Virus record (IMG/VR): IMGVR_UViG_3300022916_000006
Span: 32,001-96,000 of that record
Strand: one strand, 5' to 3'
Source: a virus
Length of the DNA: 64,000 nucleotides
Each line of letters begins with the position of its first letter. Position 1 is the stretch's first letter. The notes beneath the pieces are model-generated. The model did not search any database. It saw only the letters and a program-made list of their open reading frames with translations, and was not told the DNA's origin. This document shows, one piece after another, positions 20,470 to 29,304 of the stretch. A program made the position numbers and the translations under genes.

Positions 20470-21408
20470 GATGGAAGTTTTTTAGCAGAGCACCTGTTAA
20501 GTAAAGATTATGATGTGTATGGGATTGTACGTAGAAATTCAGTAGCAGAACATCAAGAAAGTAGAATTGACCATTTAATAGGTAATGGTGTTCACACTGA
20601 ATATGGTGACTTATTAGATGTTGGTTCAATCGACAGAATGATAAAAGCAGTACAACCCGATGAGATATATAATATAGCGGCACAGTCACATGTTAGAATT
20701 AGTTTTGATATACCACAATTTACAGCACAGACAAATGCATTAGGTGTGTTGAATATGTTGGAATCATACAGATCACATTGCCCAACAGCTAAATTTTATC
20801 AAGCAAGTAGTAGTGAGATGTTTGGTAATTCATTTGATGGTGATCATTATCAAAGAGAAACTACAAAGATGTTACCAGTAAGTCCATATGGATGTAGTAA
20901 AATATTTGGATATAATATTGTAAGAACATATCGAAAAGCATATAATCTATTTGCATGTAATGGTATATTATTCAATCATGAATCACCAAGACGTGGTTCT
21001 AATTTTGTAACAAATAAAGTTGTTCAAGCGGCTGTTAAAATAAAGGTTGGATTGCAAGATCAATTGGAACTTGGTAACATGGATGCATATAGAGATTGGG
21101 GACATTCAAAAGATTATGTACGAGCAATGCATATGATATTAAATCATACGGAACCAGATGATTTTGTTGTTGCTACTGGAATTACACATTCAGTTAGAGA
21201 ATTATGTGATCATGTGTTTAGTAGACTTGGGATGGATTATAGAGATTATGTAGTTCAAAATCAAAAGTTTTTAAGACCTGATGAGTTGAAATATCTAAGA
21301 GGGGATTCAACTAAAGTTAGAGAAACATTGGGTTGGAAACCAGACTATACATTCGAAACGTTGTTAGATGAGATGGTCGATCATTGGATGATTAAATATG
21401 AAGATTAG
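20428..21408 (+). CDS. gmd: GDP-mannose 4,6-dehydratase
   Basis: ITGINGQDGS, PDEIYNIAAQSHV, FYQASSSEMFG, SPYGCSK, GILFNHESPRRG, RDWGH. Confidence 0.97.
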   Translation: MKKRKAMITGINGQDGSFLAEHLLSKDYDVYGIVRRNSVAEHQESRIDHLIGNGVHTEYGDLLDVGSIDRMIKAVQPDEIYNIAAQSHVRISFDIPQFTAQTNALGVLNMLESYRSHCPTAKFYQASSSEMFGNSFDGDHYQRETTKMLPVSPYGCSKIFGYNIVRTYRKAYNLFACNGILFNHESPRRGSNFVTNKVVQAAVKIKVGLQDQLELGNMDAYRDWGHSKDYVRAMHMILNHTEPDDFVVATGITHSVRELCDHVFSRLGMDYRDYVVQNQKFLRPDELKYLRGDSTKVRETLGWKPDYTFETLLDEMVDHWMIKYED

Positions 21409-22108
21409 TATAGTACAGAATTTCATATGCACATTGGACACTCGGTTGAAAATACTACAAGACAATATATCTAAATATTCTGAAGTATTCACTGATTGTA
21501 ATTTTGTTGTTAATTTTAATGATACAGTTAATTTTGACATAATAAATCATTTATATTCAACTGAACTTGATATAAATGGTGATGTATTTCTATTCAATAA
21601 TCTAATACGAGATTGGGCATTGACTACATTATCAATGATGGAATATGTTAATACTCCATATGTATTATATCTATGTGAAGATCAAGTTCCGAATATGACC
21701 AAATTAGATTTTGATAATATTATAAATGAATTTTCAGATGAGCTGGATATGGATTATATGTTGTTAACAAGAATAGGTAAATATACAGAAGATATATATA
21801 CTAAAAATTACACTGAACATAAATATGGATATTCGTATTTATGTGAAAATGCACCACATAAGAGATTATCATTAGATGCAATATATAGAACTGATTTTTT
21901 CAAAGAACGATTGGAAGAGTTCATATTGAATCATGATAAGTGTACACATGATATACCATTTAGACAGATAAACTTACCAAATTTTTATGAAGGTTATTAT
22001 GACTTTTATAATGGAACAGCAAGATTTAGTGGAGTGAAATGTTACATACCGAAACAGAATATATTAGTGGAGTACAACGATGAACGTGAAAAATATACCT
22101 ATATCTAA
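21398..22108 (+). CDS. GT-A-like hypothetical protein
   Basis: MKISIV start, YVLYLCED (DxD-like position). Confidence 0.4.
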   Translation: MKISIVQNFICTLDTRLKILQDNISKYSEVFTDCNFVVNFNDTVNFDIINHLYSTELDINGDVFLFNNLIRDWALTTLSMMEYVNTPYVLYLCEDQVPNMTKLDFDNIINEFSDELDMDYMLLTRIGKYTEDIYTKNYTEHKYGYSYLCENAPHKRLSLDAIYRTDFFKERLEEFILNHDKCTHDIPFRQINLPNFYEGYYDFYNGTARFSGVKCYIPKQNILVEYNDEREKYTYI

Positions 22109-22364
22109 TCCATTTTATATTATTCAATATAAACCAATGGGATTTTCTGTAAATCCAGTATATGTTGTTATTGATTTAACTCAAGTGGATGATTCAGATA
22201 TTAGAGAAGCACGAAAATTTGCAACAAAAGAATTAGCAGCCAAAGAAATACTTAATATTGTATATGAAGAAATGTTCGACATAGATGATGCGAGAGACTT
22301 GTTTACAATTATAGAGCATACTGTAGAGACAATAGAATCTACACATGTAGCTCAATTATTATGA
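22080..22364 (+). CDS. hypothetical protein, possible distant member of the array family
   Basis: PFYIIQY...ARKFATKELA...HVAQLL with TTATGA junction. Confidence 0.5.
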   Translation: MNVKNIPISNPFYIIQYKPMGFSVNPVYVVIDLTQVDDSDIREARKFATKELAAKEILNIVYEEMFDIDDARDLFTIIEHTVETIESTHVAQLL

Positions 22365-24115
22365 AAATAACAACAGTGAATACATTAGACTTTGATTTAT
22401 TAGAAATCATAAAGGATAAATCAAATAGAGTAATTGATGGAGTGAATCATGGTAGAATTACTTACTATGATCGTATAAGGGATCGATATATAAAGATATT
22501 TGATGAGGACTACTGTAGACTATCATATTTTAAGAACGCTATTAAATGTGGATATTATGATACATTAGCTCCAGCACTATCATCGGTCATATTTGATAAT
22601 GGCAATATAATTGGTTATATAACGAATGCTGGTAAAGTGTTAAATGATTTAAATCTATTAAAAGAATATGAAAATAAAATAATTGATGTATGTGATGCAA
22701 GTGGATTATTTTATTATGATTTAGTTCCAGAAAATGTAATACAATTACCAAATGGTGAGTTAAGCTTAATTGATTTGGATGGTGTATATGATATTTCAGA
22801 TTACAGTTTGATGAATTCACATAATGCAGAAATCAAACCAAATACATTAAAAAAATATATACAACAAAAATGGAGTGATAAATATATGAAGCCAATTAGT
22901 TTTATAATACCAAGCAGAACAAATCTAAAATATTTAAAACAAGCATATAATTCAATAAGACAAAATCTACATCCAATGCATGAAATTTGTATTGCCGATG
23001 ATGCTTCAACAGATGATACTTGGAAGTGGTTGACTGAAAAAGTCAAAACAGATGTTAATTTAAAATTATATAAAAATGAAGGTCCAGATAGATTAGGTCA
23101 CACAATATTATATGATACATTGGTGAATGAAATATCAACAAAGGATATTATCTGTATATTTCATGCTGATATGTATGCATGTAAAGGATTAGATGATGAG
23201 TTTATTAAATATCTAAAGCCAAGTGTAGTTGTGTCAGGTACTCGAATTGAACCACCATTACATCCAGACGGTCCTGAAAAGATAATAAAAGATTTTGGAA
23301 TAGAACCAGAAGAATTTAAAGAAAGTGAATTAAACGATTTTGTTGAAAATTTAAAAAATCAACATAGAACCAAATTAACAAATGGTATATTTGCACCCTG
23401 GGCTATGTATAAAGATGACTTTCAATCAATTCATGGACACGATCCATTATATGCCCCACAATCAAAAGAAGATTCGGACATCTTTAATAAGATGCATCTT
23501 GCTGGATATGATTTTATTCAGACTTGGAATGGTTTTGTATATCATATGACATGTCGTGGAAGTAGATTTGCTGATGGTGCAAAGAGAAATCCAAATGGTG
23601 AAGTATTTATGAAAAATCGTGAGACTGATGAATGGTTGACTCAGAATAAAAAATCACATAGAAACTTCATTCGTAAATGGAGCTCAACGGTATTACATGA
23701 TGCATATTTGAAACCAATAGTAAAGAATAAATATAATATTGGATTAGTAATATCAAATGCTAACTATGAATTAATTGAAATACTTGAACCATTCTTTGCA
23801 ACATTATATGTAGATTGTGATTTTAAAATATATGTTGACAATGAACAACCAAACACATTATATTCAATGATGGATAGAGTACAGAATATTGATGTTACAC
23901 CACATAATGATATTGTTGTAGAATTCGATGCATCAAAATTAACAAATGAATTGCTCAATGAATTCTTGATAAAATTATCAGATGTGATTGCAGATTCTGG
24001 TGAAATTGGTGAGTTCGAATATGAGATATTTAAAATAAAAATAAAAAGTGTTTCATCATATCAAAAAGATTTATTATATTATGATAACAATATAATCAAT
24101 AAAAGAGCGTTTTAA
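22361..24115 (+). CDS. kinase-like domain fused to glycosyltransferase family 2
   Basis: N-term YIKIF...YYDLVPENVI...LIDLDG; then MKPISFIIPSR, IADDAS, FHADMY, SKEDSD, VYHMTCRG. Confidence 0.75.
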   Translation: MKITTVNTLDFDLLEIIKDKSNRVIDGVNHGRITYYDRIRDRYIKIFDEDYCRLSYFKNAIKCGYYDTLAPALSSVIFDNGNIIGYITNAGKVLNDLNLLKEYENKIIDVCDASGLFYYDLVPENVIQLPNGELSLIDLDGVYDISDYSLMNSHNAEIKPNTLKKYIQQKWSDKYMKPISFIIPSRTNLKYLKQAYNSIRQNLHPMHEICIADDASTDDTWKWLTEKVKTDVNLKLYKNEGPDRLGHTILYDTLVNEISTKDIICIFHADMYACKGLDDEFIKYLKPSVVVSGTRIEPPLHPDGPEKIIKDFGIEPEEFKESELNDFVENLKNQHRTKLTNGIFAPWAMYKDDFQSIHGHDPLYAPQSKEDSDIFNKMHLAGYDFIQTWNGFVYHMTCRGSRFADGAKRNPNGEVFMKNRETDEWLTQNKKSHRNFIRKWSSTVLHDAYLKPIVKNKYNIGLVISNANYELIEILEPFFATLYVDCDFKIYVDNEQPNTLYSMMDRVQNIDVTPHNDIVVEFDASKLTNELLNEFLIKLSDVIADSGEIGEFEYEIFKIKIKSVSSYQKDLLYYDNNIINKRAF

Positions 24116-24390
24116 TGAAATATCCATGTTATATAGTCAAGATGAAGTCAACCAACAATATGGCGTTTAGTTGTAGTCCAGCATATTTAACCAAAGCATC
24201 AACAGGTGTTGTGACTGGTAAAATATGGATAGATTCTAATATTAATGATGCTATTAGATTTGAAAGAAACGTAGATATAAAAAACTTACATAAACATGAA
24301 ATTCCAATTAATTTATCAATATTAGTGGCTAAATATGGCGAACCAATGAAAATAAATTCAGAAGCTGAATGGGTAGCAATGATGTTATGA
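24115..24390 (+). CDS. MKYY..ELVAYLL-family small protein, unit 1
   Basis: MKYPCYIV / NSEAEWVAMML. Confidence 0.8.
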   Translation: MKYPCYIVKMKSTNNMAFSCSPAYLTKASTGVVTGKIWIDSNINDAIRFERNVDIKNLHKHEIPINLSILVAKYGEPMKINSEAEWVAMML

Positions 24391-24605
24391 AATATTATAT
24401 GATATATGATCCAGGTATGAGTGCCACCGAATTAAAATTTGTTTTTTATAATAGAGCATTGACTGTTTATAAATATACAACTGACTTTAGCAATAGTGAT
24501 ATTGTAGTATCAGATTCTAGAGATAAATTAAATAGTAATAGTGGTAAACGTTGGGGAAATGTTAAAGTATTTTCTGAAAATGAAATTATACCATATATAT
24601 TGTAA
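24387..24605 (+). CDS. MKYY..ELVAYLL-family small protein, unit 2
   Basis: MKYYMIY / FSENEIIPYIL; start moved to the coupled ATG. Confidence 0.8.
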   Translation: MKYYMIYDPGMSATELKFVFYNRALTVYKYTTDFSNSDIVVSDSRDKLNSNSGKRWGNVKVFSENEIIPYIL

Positions 24606-24610
24606 AACAT

Positions 24611-24835
24611 ATGAAATATTATATTATAAGACCCAAGACAGATATAAAAAATCCATATATTGCCCAAATGTCTAAGAATGATTATTATGCTACCCGTAAT
24701 GTTGAAGACATTGTATCATTTAAAACCAAGTCTGAAGCTCAAAGAGTGATAGCACATGAAAGTATGAGGTATCCTGAGTTCTGGTGTGATGCTTATGTGA
24801 TAGATGAAAATGAACTGATACCCCATCTGTTATGA
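24611..24835 (+). CDS. MKYY..ELVAYLL-family small protein, unit 3
   Basis: MKYYIIR / IDENELIPHLL. Confidence 0.85.
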   Translation: MKYYIIRPKTDIKNPYIAQMSKNDYYATRNVEDIVSFKTKSEAQRVIAHESMRYPEFWCDAYVIDENELIPHLL

Positions 24836-25062
24836 AATATTATATTATACGAATAAGTGATAATGAAAACCATTACAAATATGTTATGACAAGTGGATCA
24901 GGGTTACATTATGGGGCATCACCAGACTATACAAGGATAACAGCATTCAAGTCCAAAACACAAGCACAAAACATAATAACTGCAGGCTGTAAACGTGATA
25001 TGAATTTTTGGCATGATATGGTGGTAGTAAATGAGAATGAATTGGTTGCACATATTTTATGA
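24832..25062 (+). CDS. MKYY..ELVAYLL-family small protein, unit 4
   Basis: MKYYIIR / VNENELVAHIL. Confidence 0.85.
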   Translation: MKYYIIRISDNENHYKYVMTSGSGLHYGASPDYTRITAFKSKTQAQNIITAGCKRDMNFWHDMVVVNENELVAHIL

Positions 25063-25313
25063 AACGTTATTATATTGTATGGAAATATGTTGATATTGAT
25101 AAGAGTTCAGTTGGAAATTGGCTCTGGCATTATGCTTACATGCGTAAGTATGTAATTGATGATGAACATGATGTTTTTTATTGGACATTTAATATAAATG
25201 AAGCACGGGTTTTTAATTATAAACTTTATGCTAAATGGTACATGTGGAGTCGAAAACGAACAGCTCATATGTGTATATTATCAGAACAAGAATTAGTATT
25301 GAAATTATTATGA
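25059..25313 (+). CDS. MKYY..ELVAYLL-family small protein, unit 5
   Basis: MKRYYIV / LSEQELVLKLL. Confidence 0.85.
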   Translation: MKRYYIVWKYVDIDKSSVGNWLWHYAYMRKYVIDDEHDVFYWTFNINEARVFNYKLYAKWYMWSRKRTAHMCILSEQELVLKLL

Positions 25314-25522
25314 ACAAATATTATATTGTATATCGTGTTAGTAGCTCAAATGAGTACGTATATAGAGGATCGAATGGGTGGTTGAGTACAACAAATGATA
25401 GAAAAATTATACCATATGAATCATATGAACATGCTATGGTGGATTATGTTGGGTTGCATTGGGATATAGCGGATAACACATCAATAATGGATGAAATTGA
25501 ATTGCTTGCTAAATTATTATGA
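25310..25522 (+). CDS. MKYY..ELVAYLL-family small protein, unit 6
   Basis: MNKYYIV / MDEIELLAKLL; start moved to the coupled ATG. Confidence 0.8.
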   Translation: MNKYYIVYRVSSSNEYVYRGSNGWLSTTNDRKIIPYESYEHAMVDYVGLHWDIADNTSIMDEIELLAKLL

Positions 25523-25833
25523 ACAAAACGCTCAAACCAAGAATATATCCATATTATGTATTAAGATTAAAAGATGGTAAAAAAGGATATGCATCTCAAG
25601 TACATCATCGTAAAACATCTCACATATTTAGACGACAATTTGGATCATTTAAACAAACAGTCAAGCGACCTAAGATAATACATTCAGTGGATATGTTGGA
25701 AGCTCATAAATTTAAAACCTTTATTGAAGCATATGCTATGTGCAATATTAGTGTGAAATGGACCAATGAAGATAGTTTATATGATATAATTAAAATATCA
25801 GATGAAGCATGTGAAATGGTATATTTATTATGA
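25519..25833 (+). CDS. MKYY..ELVAYLL-family small protein, unit 7 (divergent)
   Basis: YPYYVLR / SDEACEMVYLL. Confidence 0.7.
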   Translation: MNKTLKPRIYPYYVLRLKDGKKGYASQVHHRKTSHIFRRQFGSFKQTVKRPKIIHSVDMLEAHKFKTFIEAYAMCNISVKWTNEDSLYDIIKISDEACEMVYLL

Positions 25834-26072
25834 AACATTATATAATATATAAAGATGAAAGAGATAGTGGATATGTTCAATATGATATTACGGCAAATTC
25901 TTATGAATTAACTAAAAATATTAATAATATTATTGGATTTGATTCCAAAAGAAAAGCACAATTTATGATTACAGAGAGAATTAATTATTGTATTAAGCGT
26001 GGGTATAATTATCACTTCTGGAGTTATGTAACAATAGTGACAGAAAGTGAATTGGTTGCATATTTATTATGA
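25830..26072 (+). CDS. MKYY..ELVAYLL-family small protein, unit 8
   Basis: MKHYIIY / VTESELVAYLL. Confidence 0.85.
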   Translation: MKHYIIYKDERDSGYVQYDITANSYELTKNINNIIGFDSKRKAQFMITERINYCIKRGYNYHFWSYVTIVTESELVAYLL

Positions 26073-26311
26073 AATATTATATTATAGCAATAAAGGGTGA
26101 TACAACATATTACAGATCATATTTCTTAAGGAGACATGAAGATATATATTCATACTGGTCAATAAAATTTAAAAAAGCAATAGAATTTATATCTAGGGAT
26201 GAAGCAACTAAGTTTACAAAAACTCATAGCTATAAATATACAGTTGGTGTACCATCTATGAGTGATCTTAAAATTGTATCAGAAACTGAATTAGTTGCAT
26301 ATTTATTATAG
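26069..26311 (+). CDS. MKYY..ELVAYLL-family small protein, unit 9
   Basis: MKYYIIA / VSETELVAYLL. Confidence 0.85.
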   Translation: MKYYIIAIKGDTTYYRSYFLRRHEDIYSYWSIKFKKAIEFISRDEATKFTKTHSYKYTVGVPSMSDLKIVSETELVAYLL

Positions 26312-26346
26312 TGTAAGAGAATAACATATGAATAAGGAAAATTAAA

Positions 26347-26493
26347 ATGACAAAGGTGGATTACAATGCCTTTGATGATGATAAGAATGACGGCTTTAAA
26401 AAAAGCAAGAAGCGCATCAAACGAATAAAAAAACGAAAAAGTGGCTATGATAAGAAATCATCAGATCACAGAAAAAACAAACCAAAGAGGTAA
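26347..26493 (+). CDS. small Lys/Arg-rich hypothetical protein (48 aa, not in ORF track)
   Basis: MTKVDYNAFDDDKNDGFKKSKKRIKRIKKRKSGYDKKSSDHRKNKPKR; AAGGA upstream. Confidence 0.55.
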   Translation: MTKVDYNAFDDDKNDGFKKSKKRIKRIKKRKSGYDKKSSDHRKNKPKR

Positions 26494-26498
26494 GTTAC

Positions 26499-26723
26499 AT
26501 GTTGGATTTTTCAAGAATGATAGCATTTGTTGAAAATGGTGTAAAGAAGATAAAATTACCAAAATTATGCGTAATTGGAATTCATAAATTTTCAAAGTGG
26601 GAAATTGTGGACGAAGGTGATCGTATTAATAATATATCAAAAGCACCAATTGGCAGATATATAGAACAAAAAAAAGAATGCCCAAAATGTGGTATAGTAA
26701 AACTTAGAATAGAACTTTCTTAA
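26499..26723 (+). CDS. small Zn-binding hypothetical protein (C-x-x-G-x-H...CxxC)
   Basis: LCVIGIHKFSKWE...KKECPKCG; paralog of 63395..63694. Confidence 0.6.
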   Translation: MLDFSRMIAFVENGVKKIKLPKLCVIGIHKFSKWEIVDEGDRINNISKAPIGRYIEQKKECPKCGIVKLRIELS

Positions 26724-26751
26724 ATAAAACAAAAAAAGGATATATAATTAT

Positions 26752-26964
26752 ATGGAAAATGATGCAGTAGATGTCGGTCAAGTAGACTGGGAAAAAGAGA
26801 GATTTGGAATGGTGGATGAATCAACAATATTTTGGTTAAAACCAAGAGTTGGGCACTTAGAACCATCATTTAGAAAATTAGATGATAATCATGCAATGAA
26901 TTTAAGGAGTAGAGCTACGATACTATTACAGTATGATTCTACAATATATCTGAAAGAATATTAA
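26752..26964 (+). CDS. hypothetical protein
   Basis: 70-aa ORF with AAGGA upstream. Confidence 0.5.
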   Translation: MENDAVDVGQVDWEKERFGMVDESTIFWLKPRVGHLEPSFRKLDDNHAMNLRSRATILLQYDSTIYLKEY

Positions 26965-26967
26965 ACA

Positions 26968-27498
26968 ATGTGTGATAATGGAGAAAAATTAAAACCAACG
27001 TTATTACCAATAAAATTACCAAATAAGCATCTACCATTAACCAAAGAGTTAATATTAGAAGCTCAAAGGCATACAAAATCTGGTGGAGCAGCCGCTAGAT
27101 TTCTTGGTGTTCATATTGTCACATATACAAAATATGCAAGAATATATGGAATATATGAATCACATAAAAATCAAAGTGGATTTGGAATTAGAAAAGGTAG
27201 AGCCGCACCAAAATTTGAAATGAGTAGAATATTCGATGGTGAACGACCACATAGATTTAATTGGAGATATTTTAAACGTAGATTGGTTGAAGAAGGATAT
27301 TTCAAAGAAGAATGTGGTATATGTGGATTCAATGAGATCAATTTAAATTCAGGTAGAGTGTGTCTTCATGTTGATACTGTGAATGGTGATCGTACTGATT
27401 TAGCATATGATAATGTAAGATTATTATGTCTTAATTGCTACGTGTCAAATAATGGATATTTACCAGCATCACCATTAAAGATATTTTGTGGTTGGTAA
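26968..27498 (+). CDS. HTH + degenerate HNH-like protein
   Basis: GGAAARFLGVHIVTYTKYA (HTH-like); ECGICG...LHVDTVNGDRTD...NVRLLCLNC. Confidence 0.65.
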   Translation: MCDNGEKLKPTLLPIKLPNKHLPLTKELILEAQRHTKSGGAAARFLGVHIVTYTKYARIYGIYESHKNQSGFGIRKGRAAPKFEMSRIFDGERPHRFNWRYFKRRLVEEGYFKEECGICGFNEINLNSGRVCLHVDTVNGDRTDLAYDNVRLLCLNCYVSNNGYLPASPLKIFCGW

Positions 27499-27681
27499 AT
27501 GTTTAAAATCAATGATATGGTGCGAATTAAAATTGATGTATATATAAATAAGAAAAGAGTTTTAAAGTATGGTGATTTAGTTGTAATATTAGGTATGGGA
27601 TATCCAGATAAAGATTTATGTGTGGGTACCAGTGACGATAGAATATATTATATTGATGATTACCAAGTAGAAGAAGAATGA
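27499..27681 (+). CDS. small beta-barrel-like (SH3/KOW) hypothetical protein
   Basis: MFKINDMVRIK...GDLVVIL. Confidence 0.45.
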   Translation: MFKINDMVRIKIDVYINKKRVLKYGDLVVILGMGYPDKDLCVGTSDDRIYYIDDYQVEEE

Positions 27682-27690
27682 GAAAGAAAA

Positions 27691-28065
27691 ATGATAAAGT
27701 TACAATTAGAGACTATTAGAAATATAATTCAACATTATGATGTGGAATGTTCTGTGATCATCACATCCAATGCAGATTTCTATGCTATGTACAATGTGGA
27801 CACAAACACTATTACGATATCGAGAGATGATAATAACTCAATAGCCAGATTAGTGAAATCACTATTGCATGAAATTCAACATGCAATCACTGCTAAAGAA
27901 CTTGGTAAAGAAAAATATAAAATTGATTATGAATTGGAAATGGAAGTGTTAATGCAAAAAGGATACTCTCATGAAAAAGCATATAAAAATAATAAATATG
28001 AGAAGATTGCCAACAAGTTTGCAAAAGATAATTTAAAAAAAATAAAAAAGTTGTTTTTTTATTGA
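27691..28065 (+). CDS. zincin-like metallopeptidase
   Basis: AMYN..TNTITI...LLHEIQHA (HEXXH)...NKYEKIANKFA. Confidence 0.7.
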   Translation: MIKLQLETIRNIIQHYDVECSVIITSNADFYAMYNVDTNTITISRDDNNSIARLVKSLLHEIQHAITAKELGKEKYKIDYELEMEVLMQKGYSHEKAYKNNKYEKIANKFAKDNLKKIKKLFFY

Positions 28066-28143
28066 GTAAATATGTTATAACTTTCATTGCATGAAAAATT
28101 GAATAAAGATAAAATAGAGTTTTAAACAAAAAAGGAACCGTAA

Positions 28144-29271
28144 ATGAGAATAATCAAAACGACTGAATATGCTACCATACTGGAATTGTGCTACACTGCA
28201 AAACAGCCACTATTTATACAAGGTGGACCTGGAGTTGGTAAGAGTGAAATTCCACGACAAGTATTTTCTGAAATCGCTAAACGAGATAAACTTGAATTTG
28301 TCGAATGGGACAAATGCTCAAATGAGAAGAAGGCTAATTTATTTGTTAATCCAGATAAATATTTTGTATTTTGTGATCAGAGATTATCACAAATGGATAC
28401 GACTGATTTAGGTGGGCTACCAATGCCAAGTGAAGCAAAAGATCGACTGTTGAAAATTCCACAAGCGTGGATTGTTTATTTTTGTGATCAAAAATCAAAT
28501 GGTGTTATTTTCTTTGATGAAATTAACTTAGCACCACCTGTTGTTACTGGATCAGCATATCAGATCATTCTTGATAGATCAATGTCTGACATGAAATTAT
28601 CCGATAATGTTTATGTGATGGCTGCTGGAAATAGATCAGAAGATCAAGCGTTCACACATCAAATGCCATTGCCACTACGTGACCGATTTAATGAAATTGA
28701 AATACGACCTGATAAGAAATCTTGGGTTAGTTGGGCATCTAAAAATGGTGTGAATCCTCACTTGATTGCATTCATTAACTGGAAAGAAAGTTATCTATAC
28801 AAAGTTGATCAAAACGCATCAAATAAAAGTGTAACTCCTCGTGGTATTGTTCGGGCATCACATTTGCTTGGTGATTTGAATTTCTTGGGAAGTGTATCGA
28901 ATACAAAGAAAGCAAGATTGTATCTTGATATTTCTGTTGGTGAAGGATTCTCACAAGAGTTCATGGCTTACATCAAATATTACAAAAAACTCAAATGGGA
29001 TACTATTTACAAAAACCCAAAAGAAGCACTTGCTAAACTTGAACGAAATGAAATCTTTGCTGTTACTGGTGGATTGATTGAACATTACATGGGAACTAAA
29101 TACAGCACTGATCAAATCATCAATGTCATTAAGTACTTGGGATCAGAATTCTCAATCATGACACTACGAATGATTAAAGATACTGATGAAGCTAAATTTA
29201 TGAAAGTTGCATTGAAGAATAAAACTTTCATCTCTGAAATCACTGACGATATTAAAAAATACTTACTATAA
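28144..29271 (+). CDS. MoxR-type AAA+ ATPase
   Basis: GGPGVGKS (Walker A), VIFFDEIN (Walker B), MAAGNR, PLRDRF, TPRG. Confidence 0.9.
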   Translation: MRIIKTTEYATILELCYTAKQPLFIQGGPGVGKSEIPRQVFSEIAKRDKLEFVEWDKCSNEKKANLFVNPDKYFVFCDQRLSQMDTTDLGGLPMPSEAKDRLLKIPQAWIVYFCDQKSNGVIFFDEINLAPPVVTGSAYQIILDRSMSDMKLSDNVYVMAAGNRSEDQAFTHQMPLPLRDRFNEIEIRPDKKSWVSWASKNGVNPHLIAFINWKESYLYKVDQNASNKSVTPRGIVRASHLLGDLNFLGSVSNTKKARLYLDISVGEGFSQEFMAYIKYYKKLKWDTIYKNPKEALAKLERNEIFAVTGGLIEHYMGTKYSTDQIINVIKYLGSEFSIMTLRMIKDTDEAKFMKVALKNKTFISEITDDIKKYLL

Positions 29272-29304
29272 ATTTTAATATCAAAAAGCAAAAAGGAGAA
29301 GTGA

